A stretch of 63,289 nucleotides of DNA, filler included, from Nemertoderma westbladi (Eukaryota; Animalia; Xenacoelomorpha), in the NCBI GenBank assembly GCA_032718475.1. It is 3 parts of 3 records of this genome, joined end to end, with 100 filler letters (N's around TTAATTAATTAA, not from the genome) between each part and the next. Parts side by side here need not be neighbours in the genome. Positions count along the whole stretch, not along the records: positions 1 to 28,441 come from JAUCBJ010004387.1; 2 more parts are not named here. One strand, written 5' to 3'. Under the pieces are notes generated by a model, which ran no database searches, was not told where the DNA came from, and was given only the letters and a program-made list of their open reading frames with translations. The position numbers and the translations under genes were made by a program. Positions 12,056 through 24,495 of this stretch are shown in pieces (positions within the stretch are counted from its first letter, which is position 1; every line of letters begins with the position of its first letter).

Positions 12056-14507
12056 TTGTTAGGTCGAGAATTCGATTACGATAAAGATCGAATTTGTAAA
12101 GTTCACTTCGAGTCGAAGGATTTTATGATGAACAGAAATTTGCAGTTTCGAAGTTCCAATCTCAAAAAGGAATCAATTCCATCAATATTTACATTGGTTG
12201 GGCCATTGACATCTCCACTACGAAAGTCACCAACTAAACGAAAAGTTGATCCAACACTATGCAACCTACTCGAAAATAGAAAATTAGTTGAAGAAGACAA
12301 ATTGGAGTGGCAGTTGGGAAATATAAAGAAATGGATTGAAGACGAGGATGTTTTTAAGAATAGAGAGGTACATGCGTGTAAGTGTGATGTTGAAAGTGAA
12401 GATGGAATTATGATTTATGAAATTTCCCCCGAAAATCTAAAACTGAATTACTTCCTTAAGATCTCAACGACGTACTTTATTGTTTCTCAAAATACCTCTA
12501 AAATACCCCTCGTTAATTTTAGCTATTTACCACGTAACAAAAGTGGGTATAATAAAGTTCAGAAGAAAAGCGTTTTGCTTAGGCTAATGAATGAGGTCAA
12601 GATTCATTCATTGCCTAATTTTGACTCAGACTTCATGGAATTTCTAGACGAGTACCGCAATTATAAAAAGATAGGAATATACCCCAAGAATATCATTAGA
12701 AAGTGTCTTATTCTACGTTATAAGAGCAGGAATGGATATAAAGAGCTCTTGAAGCTGGTGCCGAACCTACCCAGCATTTCATTATTTGAAAAGTTGACAA
12801 GAGGTGATGTAAAAGTTTATACACTTCTAAAGAGCATTGGTATGGATCAGAATGTTGTAATATATGCGGATGAAATTTACTTAACAGAGAGAATCAATAT
12901 TTAGTGCAGGAGGTATTATTGAATCACGAAAGACCCTGCTGGATATTATGGTAAGAGGTCTAACTGGGGGAAATGGAATAATTTTCAAGTCAGTGCCATG
13001 TTACGAGACATCAACTGGAGACATGTTGATAAAAGAATTCAAGGAAGTTGTGAAACATTTAAAAGAGGCCGAGTTTCAGCCATGAGTGTTTGTTACTGAT
13101 GGCCTTTCAGTTAATGTCAATGCATACTCAAAGATTATATATGAACCAGAGCTTTGTGATATAATTCCGTTGTTTGATTATAATCACCTCATGAAGAATA
13201 CACGAAATGACTTATTTAACACCGGCATATTTTATCCTCCTGAATTTAAGTGGAGTTATATGAATGACGTATTTCAAATAGGAGCAAATGCTAAAGTGTC
13301 GATGTCTGATGTTCGTATGGTGTATCACATGGATACAGAGAGAATTAATTGTGATTCTTCAGTCAATCTGTGAAAAGCCCACAAGCTGACATATGCAACA
13401 ATCAACGTTGGAAAGCGCAAGCAAAACACCCAGCTTATGCTCAACCTGTACCATGATAGTACTATCGATGCCCTCAGATGGTATTTGGGTGGTGGCACAG
13501 AGAACTTCCATAATGACACAGCTGATTACTTCCGTGTTATTAGACTCTTCTGGGAGTTTATGAACTGTAAACATAATACGTCTAATCCTTACACTAGAAC
13601 ACTCAGTCGTTATGACAGTGAGCGGCAAAGTTTCCTTCAAACCTTCCTTGACTGGCTAACAAGGTGGAAGTCTTCCAATAAAGCAGGGTTCACTTCGCAG
13701 ACATTTTCAGTGCTCATACTAACAGTTGCTAACACAATTAAGGTCCTAGATTTGGTCTTCAACAAACTCGAATACCAATTATTTAACCTGGCAGTCCTTG
13801 GAGACGATGAAATTGAGTTACGTTTGAGCAAATATCGCCAGATGTTGGGAGGTCGCTTAATTGTAAGTCTGCGGGAAGCCACTAACTCAAACAAGATAAT
13901 TCAAATCAAAGCAGCTCTACAATCCAACCAAGATGTCATTGACTGCCTTGATCAAACTAATAGTGAAGATATACGACCAATAATTACGAAACTATCAGCA
14001 GATGATGATTTTGATATATTCGACGACGAATCTCTATTGATTATTTCAGACGTGGCTGGATGGGCAGTTCAGTCAAATCCTAATTCAGATGCGTTGTGTT
14101 CATGTACCAGATGCGATCTAAAAGATAAATCCCAATCAAGTTCCACGAATATTCGCTACATTTCGTTTCGTGACAGAGGGGGATTGTGTTTTCCGAGTGA
14201 TGGATTTGTACATCTTTGCTGCAATATATTTCACATATTGAAAAAATCATATCCCTTGGTAAACCACAAGAACAAAGCGAGTCCAACATTACATAGACTA
14301 CTAGTAAACCAAAGAGATACCACTGAAGTTGTCTGCTCTGAACACAGTGAGAAATTCAAATCAAAATTACTCCAAAAACTGGTAAACGTTTTCCTTAAGG
14401 CTGAGGCTAGTCACATGAAAGAAATTATTGATGAACAGGAAATGTATAAAACGGGACTGAATGGATTTAAAGCACCACAGTTATACAAGAAAAAACGGAT
14501 TCTTTAG
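12056..14507 (+). pseudogene. P-element/THAP9-like transposase, disrupted by stops and frameshifts
   Basis: THAP C-terminal half (ICKVHF...LKKESIPSIF), YADEIYL, FVTDG, FDYNHLMKNTRN, DEIELRLSKYRQMLGG, DRGGLCFPS spread over three ORFs. Confidence 0.8.
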
Positions 14508-14554
14508 TCAGATATTAATCAAAATAACATCCATCCCTTTCAAAACTGCCTGGC

Positions 14555-15390
14555 ACTGGCCTGTCGACTCTACTACCACTGCCACCCTGGCTGTTGTTTC
14601 TACTATCACTGCCACCCTGGTAGTTGTTTCTACTACCACTGCCACCCTGGCTGTTGACTGTACTACCACTGCCACCCTGGCTGTTGTTTCCACTACCACT
14701 GCCACCATGGCTGTTGACTACATCCATTGCCACACTGGCTGTTGTTTCCACTACCTACCACGTTGCCACCATGGCTGTTGTTTCTACGACCACTGCCACG
14801 TTGTCACCCTGGCTGTCATCTCTACTACCACTGCCACCCTGGTAGTTGTTTCTACTACCACTGCCACCCTGGCTGTTGACTGTACTACCACTGCCACCCT
14901 GGCTGTTGTTTCCACTACCTACCTCGTTGCCACCCTGGTAGTTGTTTCTACTATCACTGCCACCCTGGTAGTTGTTTCTACTACCACTGCCACCCTGGCT
15001 GTTGACTCTACATCGATTGCCACCCTGGCTGTTGTTTCCACTACCTACCACGTTGCCATCATGGCTGTTGTTTCTACTACCACTGCCACGTTGCCATCCT
15101 GGCTGTCTTCTCTACTACCACTGCCACCATGGTAGTTGGCTGTTGACTGTACTACCACTGCCACCCTGGTAGTTGTTTCTACTATCACTGCCACCCTGGT
15201 AGTTGTTTCTACTACCACTGCCACCCTGACTGTTGACTCTACATCCATTGCCACCCTGGCTGTTGTTTCCACTACCTACCACGTTGCCATCATGGCTGTT
15301 GTTTCTACTACCACTGCCACGTTGCCACCCTGGCTGTCAACTCTACTACCACTGCCACCCTGGCTGATGATTCTACAACCACTGCCACCT
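14555..15390. repeat. 30-bp minisatellite (ctactaccactgccaccctggctgttgttt) with variant higher-order blocks
   Basis: About 25 degenerate units, directly visible. Confidence 0.95.
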
Positions 15391-15719
15391 GGTACTTTTG
15401 CACTTTAGGTCCCCACCACCCAGATTTTTTTATATCAACAAAATCGCTAGCTAGCATTGAAATCGTTAAATAAATTTACCGGTACTTTTTTTAGCTATTT
15501 AATTACATAAAATGATTTAACGCTTGACTATTTTAAATAAAAATAAATAAATAAACCTTTTTGTTTTGGGTTAGGGTTGATCGGGGGTGCAACATAATCT
15601 AACATTTTTTATACCAAAAATGTTCCTAGATAGTCACACTAACCTTGTAGTAGTGTAATTTGCATAAAAAACACACACAAAAAAAATCTAGGGGTGGGGA
15701 CCTAAAGTGCAAAAGTACC
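15391..15719. mobile_element. MITE with 27-bp perfect TIRs (Merlin-like GG termini)
   Basis: ggtacttttgcactttaggtccccacc ... ggtggggacctaaagtgcaaaagtacc; flanks ctgccacct / ctgccagca (7 of 9 match, degraded 9-bp TSD). Confidence 0.85.
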
Positions 15720-15799
15720 CTGCCAGCAATCAGAATAATAGGAGAATCGCCACTCGTATCTTGACAATCACCACTACTAGTGACAGCTATACATCTTTG

Positions 15800-15865
15800 G
15801 AAATGGGGTGTCCAGTACTTGGCAGTACTGCTGAAGAGGCCTAAAGCCGGCCGAAACGCCGTTTC
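15800..15865 (+). ncRNA. Type III hammerhead ribozyme (predicted)
   Basis: GGTGTC | CAGTAC-ttggca-GTACTG | CTGAAGA | GGCC-taaagcc-GGCC | GAAA-CGCC. Full catalytic core with stems I, II and III and a GUC cleavage triplet at 15810-15812. Confidence 0.85.
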
Positions 15866-17615
15866 TATTAATGGTTTATTATTATTATACTGCATAAAGA
15901 ATCAATTACATAGCCTCGCTATACATACTGTATATATTACATTATATAAAGTAGGATAGAATTAATTACTGTTTTCGACACATGTAGTGCCACAATCACT
16001 ACAGTACACCACAATATTATATTTAATTATAAATTGAATTGATATTAAATTGCATCAATAGGGGGGGAGAGAGTAATATATAAAACTAATAAAAGTGTCA
16101 AAATTAGCTTCCACAGCAGTGTTTATTTAAATATATTTAATACATATATATATTAATAGATTTTACCTCGTTGCTATAGTTACCTGTGCTAGAAATAAAA
16201 ATAAATAGGATAAAAATAAATAGGGTAGTAGATGCAAAAAATAATTAAATCATGGCAAAACCTAGAAATTTTATGTTTGCCCGGTTTCCATGGAAACGCT
16301 CCGGTCAAATTTGCTTAAATTTTTTTTCTGAGGTTTCTATGGCATATACTACCATTTTATTGAAAAAAATTTCGGGGCCGAAAAAATAACACTAATGCGG
16401 TTCCGTCTATATTCAGTATTCCATGGTCTACCTTGTCCAGTGAAAGGATGCAGTTAGACCCTGCTAGACACTACAAGCAACTTTATTATTTAAGAAGAGA
16501 CAGTGGTATGTTTAATTCTTGTCTGTTTAACTGGCCAATTAGCACATATGTGCTCTCACTGTTTCCTGACTCACAAAACTTTATTATATAACAACCACCG
16601 TAAATAAATTCTCCATAGTATACATTCCATTCGTAGCAATACGTTTATTTGTATATATATATATTATATATTTCTTAGTTGAAATATCAAAGGTTATTTT
16701 TAAAATATAATTTTGGATGAATAGAACAAAGTTCGCAATTTTTGGAACTAAGTTCGTGTCTGTAAATCATCGAAACAACGCTCTCATCGACTGGAATAAA
16801 GTTCGCATCTACTGGAATGGAACAAATTTCGCATCAACTGAGTTCGCAGTTGAACTACAGTCATTGGTACAGAGGCATTGTATCTTTAATGGCCGGAATA
16901 TCCACCAAGCTTAGATAGACGGAACCATTTGTAATAGTTTGTAATTATTCATTGTTACGCTTGTAGTTGTTGCTCTGATACGGAGTTTGCTCTCAAGGAA
17001 AATATACCTCACGGTATGAAACTAGAGAATGCGCCTTGGTGGTGGTCCTTCAACCCCATGATGCAACCTTTCCCTTACCTTTTAAATATAAGATTGTTTA
17101 CTGAGTTATGAGACTATAATACAATAGCCTACTTAATATACGTTTTCAACAGTTAAGGGGACCATTACCCCATATCTATTTTTTTATTTATAATCCGTCT
17201 ATTCTGTAATTTTAACACAATAATCGGCGATCTTTTACTATGTTACTGTTAAATTGATAGTAACTGTATCCTTTTTAGCCAGCCCATGGCATGTGTATAC
17301 CATCGTGGTTATACTATGAGATAGGTAGTAAGTAGTACTACTATAATCGTCCTGCTGCATTGAAACTGCACATTAAGATGCTATGTTAAGATGCTTAACA
17401 AAAACATTTTGTCACCACCATACAATCTACAATTGGTAAGCCCAATGCAGCGTGCATTTCATTTTTTTTCATTTTCATATTTGGTAGGGTAGATTTACCA
17501 CCCCCCCCCCCCCCCTTTACAATTTTAAAGCCCGGTCGAAATAGGGTTAACATAACGGTACAAACATATACATTGGTAAAATACACATGAAATACAATCT
17601 AATAATACCTTATAA

Positions 17616-18215
17616 TGTTAGCGAATCCATCCGCTGCTCACCACAAAACGAGAGAATGGGGAATGATTTACGAGTCACACCCAAGTATGCTATATCCTAT
17701 ATCCAATATAATATTGCATACCAAGAAGGAATGTGGGGCAATATAATGCTACCTTGGAGATAGTTACCTACTCATCTCAGGAAGGAAGCTAGCATAGGGC
17801 CAGAGGGAATAGGGAGTGGCAGAGGGAGAAAATCAACCAATAGCTGGATAGCACATGTCCAGTAAACATGTATCTATTGGTAGGTCGACATGTAGGAATA
17901 TGTGATAAGCTTTATTTCTATGTAATGTGTATAAAATCCGTTACCCAATATTAATTGTGTTCAGTTGGCTATTAATTACTTGCTATTAAAGTCGGACGGT
18001 TTTGACCGTCGTCGCCAGTGCTATATACTGATTGTGCTGTATTTACCAGTACTTATACATATCAGCTATTATTAACAACGATAAACTATAAACTCTTTGT
18101 TATCCACTGGCCTACAGCCTTTCAACCCTTGTAGTTACTGAAACGCGGCGACGCATACTTAACAGGACACAAATTACTCTGGTCGGGATCCTGCGCCAAC
18201 TCAGATCCCGTCACA
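17616..18215 (+). mobile_element. Solo LTR (600 bp)
   Basis: TGT...ACA termini with an imperfect inverted repeat, 5-bp TSD TATAA at 17611-17615 and 18216-18220, TATAAAA near 17930 and ATTAAA near 17985. Confidence 0.65.
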
Positions 18216-18894
18216 TATAATATCTACACTCTACATCGAGGTCAGGGTCTACAGAAACACCGCAGCGTGCTTTGTAAAAAAGATGATAGTCATTAAGTCC
18301 CCAACGCCTCAGAACCTGAGTTTCCTAAGAAAGGGAACTCACTTCAATTACACCCCCAGCCCTTCGACTTAGCACCACTAAAAATCTAACATTAATACGG
18401 AATTGCCATGATTAGGCGGCTGTCAGGAGTCAGAGATGGTGGGAGACACAATGCGATTTTTATTGCGATCATTCGCTTGACATTTTCGCCATTTTTTTTA
18501 TCCATGGACAACTAACGGATTCTAACCCCAATCCCCCCCCCCCCCCCCCCGGTGGGAGACACAATGTTTCCCCTGGGGGCACCCCATTACGTTGGACACC
18601 GAATGGGGTGCCCTGTCCAAATCCTTCACTAAACCCAATCCAATTCCTGTCCCAGTGTTCCCGGTTGTAGTTTTTAAATTAGTGAACAGTTTTTATATGA
18701 AACAAATCTTTGTGATACAAATCTAAATAATAACACAAATTGTAAATAAAGGTAAAGTTAATCGCTCAGTCACTAATTACTGTTGCAGATGGGAAAACAT
18801 TACTAATGGAGTTATAGCAGGATAGAACCAGGTCGTCGACCTTTCTAGGGAGTTGTTGCAAAGCCTACCGATGTTGAATGTACGAATTACCTGC

Positions 18895-19711
18895 CCATAG
18901 TGCCCAAAGTACAAGATTATGCACTGGCTGGTCCTCACGGCGAAAGCAATGTCCTGCAAAGCAGAGGCGATTTTGTTCTAGTGTCAAGCTTGGGGGAACC
19001 AATGGGACACCTCCAATGTTATATAGTGTCTGGTTGGAGATGTGTGCATTGTACTTGACACAATGAACCCGGCGTAGCATTCTTGTGAATGTGCCATCCA
19101 GAGATTTGGTGTCCTCAGCAGTTAAAGCCCAGCATGGACTCCCGTAGAGGAGTACTGGAACTACTGCTGCTCTAAATAATCGGACCTTAAGTTTCCAATT
19201 AATTATCGGTGACTTCCAAATCCTGGAAAGCCTATTCAAGGCTGCCCATGCCTTCCCCTTACGTATTCGAAGGTCCTCACCTGACTTCCGTATCCATGAT
19301 CCCAGGTAACAGAAGTCGTCCACATGCTCAAGCATACCATCCTTTGAGCTTATGCTCATCCGATCAGAGACTTGCTGAGGACTTTCAAAGTTAACTGTCA
19401 GAATTTTGGTCTTTCTGGAGTTAATAAAAAGACCAACACTAGAAGCAGCATGTTCTAATGAGCTGAGGAGCCGTTGGGCTCCCTCTAATGATTCTGAGAG
19501 TACTCCTAAGTCATCAGCAAAGTCTAGATCAGTTAGGTACTTGGCAGGATTTCCTCGACTTCTGGAGCCAGTAGGTGGAGTTATCATCACCCCATCATCA
19601 TTATGATGATCTAAGGACATGCGTAGAACATAGTCAACCACAATAATGAACAAGAATGGTGCAAGTGTGTCTCTTTGGAGGACGCCCCATAACACTTCAA
19701 ATGGTTCTGTG
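18895..19711 (-). mobile_element. Truncated copy of the same RTE LINE (RT C-terminal part)
   Basis: Near-identical to about 615-1420; DFADDL and YLGSWI motifs. Confidence 0.92.
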
Positions 19712-20400
19712 TGTTCTTATGCCGACAACCGACAGCTGATAGATAATAGACAAGCCGACATGGGGAGTTTATTGGAAACTATCATCACTGCGACATCCGC
19801 AGGGGAACGGTCATGCAGAAGCGAATGTTAAGAAGATTAAATATTTATTATCTAAGACGGAAGGAAATATTTATAGCAACGCCTTTTCTGAAGGATATAT
19901 CGAATTAATAAACACACCCAAAAAAAGATGGATTATCTCCAGCCCAAAGAGTATTTGGACACCCGCTGTGATATCTAGTTCCTGCTAATTGGCGATCATA
20001 TTGGCCAGAATTTCAAAATGGATATTGAAGATGCAAACAAAGAGATAATTAAAAATTCACTCCTATGTAAACTTTATTTTGACCGCTGTACTAATAACCT
20101 GAGACCGATTGAGAAAGGATCTTCAGTTTTAGTTCAGAATCCGGAAACTCAAAGATGGGACAGATTGGCAACAGTCTTAGATCATAATAACCATAGACGT
20201 TACCGAATGCAGTTTCCCTCAAGCCGTCTTATTGGGCAAAATTGTATTCACATCCGTCCGGTCGCCACTGAGAAATCAGGCGAAGCAGATGTAGAAAGAC
20301 GTGAGAAAGATGTGAAAGACTAGAGTAAACTTTACCAGAATAAACCCCAGTTCTCGCGATGGAGTACCCCATACATCCAGGAACCAGATAGACTTCAATA
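19712..20400 (+). pseudogene. Ty3/Gypsy integrase relic
   Basis: Broken frames read ADN..., HPQGNGHAEANVKKIK, GLSPAQRVFGHPL, then ORF 20018-20323 (LRPIEKGSSVLVQNP...W...Y) resembling an integrase C-terminus. Confidence 0.75.
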
Positions 20401-21285
20401 CTCTATGTTGGGTGGTATTAAATGACCAAACCTTGCAATTTTTAACTTAAAAAGATGAAAGTGGTGATGGCCAAAAAAATATTATAAAAGAACGAAAGAA
20501 TGCGAAAGTGGTAATATATAGACTTGTTTAAGATAGACATCAACAACCGAACTTAATGAAAAAATGAAATTGGTATATCTTATTATTCTATAGTTATTGT
20601 GGTGGTGGGAGATTTAAACGGTTATTTGTATTGTATTGTTTTACTATTACAGGTACAGATGTAGGCACTGCTTTATAATATAACAGGCTACTGAGTGCTT
20701 ATACCGGTTGTCCTTGTGTTTTTCCATCAATCATTATTATTATCATTATGACTGATGTTTGATGGATCCATAACTCATTGTGATCGAACATCAATCATTA
20801 TCATTATGATTAATATTTGATGCATCAATCACTCATTATGATCGAACATCAATCATTTTCGTCACTATTACCTAGCAATATACAAATTAATAGATACCAG
20901 ATTTGACAAATAAATGTCTGATAATAATTTTTAATGCTTTGGATCTATTCAATCACATTTTGTTTGACTACCTTAGCACCAGACAACTTATTGGGCAACA
21001 GAATCTAAATGTTTAGTAATAATAAGCCAATAGGATTTGGGTTCAAAATCCCGTGGAAAACTATATAGATATATATAATATAGTTAGTAAACTATTCATA
21101 GTAGATATATTATACCCTACTATATTCTTAAAGAATCTTCACATTCTTCAGGATAGTTTTAAAATAGGAACATGATGGAATTTTAGTAAGAAGGTAGTAA
21201 CACATAGCAAACTGGCATTAAAAAAAATAGTCATTGGTAAAATATAGGGAACACAGTGAAAATATTAATCAGGGACGATTTTAGG

Positions 21286-24200
21286 CTATTACTACTACTT
21301 ACTATACTATCGGCATTCTTCATTGCAGCAGGGCAGCAGCATTATATATATATATATATTACTTATAGTAAGAATGCTGTGTCGGCTTGTCGTCAAAATA
21401 GCACCGCCACAACTCAATCACCCATGACAATTTCTAGATCATCCGCATATTCAAGGCCAGTGTCCTTTAAGAGGCGTCTCAAGAAGGTCATGTGCTATCC
21501 AGCTTGCGTATTCACTACTTGAGGCTGCCACAGCAAAATATTATGTACTGGCTTGTCCTCAGGGCGAAAGCAATAACGCCCTGCAAAGCGGAAGTGGTTC
21601 TGTTCAAGTGTCAAGTTAGAGGGGAGACTAATGACACATGCTCAGGTTGTATAAAGCCTGATTGGAGATGTGTTCGTTGTAGTTGGCACAATGAACTCGG
21701 CGCAGCATTCTTGTAAAGTGTCATCCACAGATTTAGAAACTTCTGAAGTTAGAGCCAGCATTGACTCTCTTATATAAGAGTACTGTTACTACTGCTGTCC
21801 TAAATATTCGAACATTGAGATCTCCTTACGTATCCAAAGGTCTCCACAATACTTGGTTACTTGAGATCCATGATCCCAAGTAGCAGAAGTCATCTACGTA
21901 CTCAGGCAAGCCATCCATGGAGCTTAGGCACTTATGATCAGAAATTTCTTGAGGGCTGTCAGGTTCACTGTCATAATTTTAGTCTTCTTGGAGTTAACAA
22001 AAACACCAATACTTGAAGCAACCTGCTCCAATGAGCCGAGTAGTCAATGGGCTCCCTCTAGTAGTATTCTTAAGTCATCAGCAAAGTCTAGATCAGTAAG
22101 ATAGATTACTTTGCTGGATAACCTCTACTTCTTGTGGCATTATGGGGTGTGATCACTGCGAGGGCTATACTGCCTTCACAGAAGCAGTTAAGTTAGCAGC
22201 TGCAGAAACAGTTCCTGTATACCCTCGAAACAGGAAAAGGGCCCCCTGGACTGACAACAAAATCCAGAAGTGCCGAAATGACCTATATAAGGCGCAGAAA
22301 GCGGCCAAGAATGCAGTTAAGGCTGCATCTAGGTCCCTGAACAGGCAGTACTCTGTTAATCTACAGGAGCTAATAAACCAACAGGTTGATGCCATCAATG
22401 ATGCTGACGACAGCAGACAATCATCCCAGGCATGGAAATCGATTAACTTGCTTACTGGGCGGAAAAGCCAACCAACCACCAAGGTTAAGGCTGAATCACC
22501 AGCCGATCGCCTCAATGGTTGGAAGGCCCACTTTGAAAAGCTCCTCAATAATGACAGGGTATTGCCTGATAACTTTATAGAAGTAAAAGTGTCTGAGTCT
22601 GTACTCCCAGATATTCCCATTGGCGATATCTCCTTTGCAGAAGTGAAGGCTGCTGCAAAGAGCATTAAGACCAATCGTGCCAGTGGAGTAGATGACGTTC
22701 CCCCTGAGGTCTTTAAAATACCTGAGTGTTTAAAGCTCATCTATCCCATCATAGTAGACATGTACCGAACAACAAGAGTCCCACAAGAAATGAAAACGAA
22801 CAAGTTGGTGCCAGTTCCCAAGAAGGGCAACCTAACACTCTATGGTTCTTTTCGGGGAATCTCATTGATCTCGATTGCTGCAAAGCTATACAATAGAATT
22901 CTATTAAATCGCATCAGGGATCCCATTGAGAGACTGCTCCGTGGAAATCAGAATGGGTTCCGTAAAGGTCGTGGGACCATGGAGCCTATTTTGGCACTTA
23001 GAAGGATAATTGAAGAGTTATCAAAAGAGAAAGACAGGCACCTGGCTGTTATCTTTGTTGACTTCTTCAAGGCCTTTGATTCAGTCTCCCGCTCACCTAT
23101 GTTCAGCATACGTTCATTATATGGGATTCCTGATGAAATTATTGCAGCAATCAGATCAGTATACGATGGTTCGACAACATTTGTGTCTACTGTTGATGGT
23201 GACACATAACCATTTGAAATGTTATGGGGCGTCCTCCAGGGAGACACACTTGCACCATTCTTGTTCATAATTGTGGTTGACTATGTTCTACGCATGTCCT
23301 TAGATCATCATAATGATGATGGGGTGATGATAACTCCACCTACTGGCTCCAGAAGTCGAGGAAATCTTGCCAAGTACCTAACTGATCTAGACTTTGCTGA
23401 TGACTTAGGAGTACTCTCAGAATCACTAGAGGGAGCCCAACGGCTCCTCAGCCCATTAGAACATGCTGCTTCTAGTGTTGGTCTTTTTATTAATTCCAGA
23501 AAGACCAAAATTTTGACAGTTAACTTTTAAAGTTCTCAGCAAGTCTCTGATCGGATGAGCATAAACTCAAAGCATGGTATGCTTGAGCATGTGGACGACT
23601 TTTGTTACCTGGGATCATGGATCCGGAAGTCAGGTGAGGACCTTCGAATACGTAAGGGAAAGGCATGGGCAGCCTTGAATAGAATAGCCTGGAATAATAT
23701 ATTCCAGGATTTGGAAGTCACCGAGAATTAATCGGAAACTTAAGGTCCGATTATTTAGAGCAGCAGTAGTTCCAGTACTCTTCTATGGGAGTCCAAATCT
23801 CTGGATGGCACATTCACAAGAATGCTACGCCGGGTTCATTGTGTCAAGTACAATGCACACATCTCCAACCAGACACTACATAACATTGGAGGTGTCTCAT
23901 TGGTTCCCCCAAGCTTGACACTAGAACAAAATCGCCTCCGCTTTGCAGGACATTGCTTTCGCCGTTTGGCAGCCTCATGGAGTGAATAAGCATGGTGGAC
24001 AGCCCATGACTTTCTTGAGACGCATCTTAAAGGACACTGGCCTTGAAGATGCGGATGATCTAGCAAATGTCATGGGTGATAGGGAGTTGTGGCGGCGCAA
24101 TTTTGTCGACAAGCCGGCACAGCATTCTTAAAAATGCAGCTGCAATGCAGCATGCCGATACTAGTAGTATGGGGTGTAACGATCACCCCATCTTTATTAA

Positions 24201-24495
24201 GATGGCCTAAGGACATGTGTAGAACATAATCAACCACAATTACAAATAAGAATGGAGCAAGTGTGTTACCCTGAAGGACTCCCCTCGAGACTTCGAATGG
24301 ATCTGTGTCACCATTGGCAGGAGACACAGATGTGGTAGAACCGTCGTACAGTGATCTGCTAGCGATAGTTGCAATAACTTCCTCAGGAATCCCATATGCT
24401 GCAAGTATGCTGAACATAAGTGGTCGGGAGTCGAAGGCCTTAAATAAGCCAACAAAGATAATAGTCAAATGTCTGTCTTTCTTTATTAAGACCAC
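21286..24495 (-). mobile_element. Older, diverged RTE subfamily copy (21286-22150 plus 24168-24495) split by a younger RTE insertion
   Basis: Degenerate RT (GVLQGNTLAP, DLDFADDL) with a tail at 21286-21303; the two halves are colinear across the TSD. Confidence 0.85.
22151..24167 (+). mobile_element. 5'-truncated young RTE copy with 10-bp TSD
   Basis: Near-identical to the 405-2500 region in opposite orientation; tail ctagtag; TSD tatggggtgt at 22141-22150 and 24168-24177. Confidence 0.93.

Noticed and set aside
14461-15408. Thr/Val-rich or NNSQGGSGS repeat ORFs resembling mucin or antifreeze proteins
   Set aside because: By-products of a 30-bp minisatellite with frame-breaking indels.
15831-15875. 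Minimal type I (Penelope-style) hammerhead reading
   Set aside because: Stem I cannot form with downstream sequence; the type III fold using upstream sequence fits fully.
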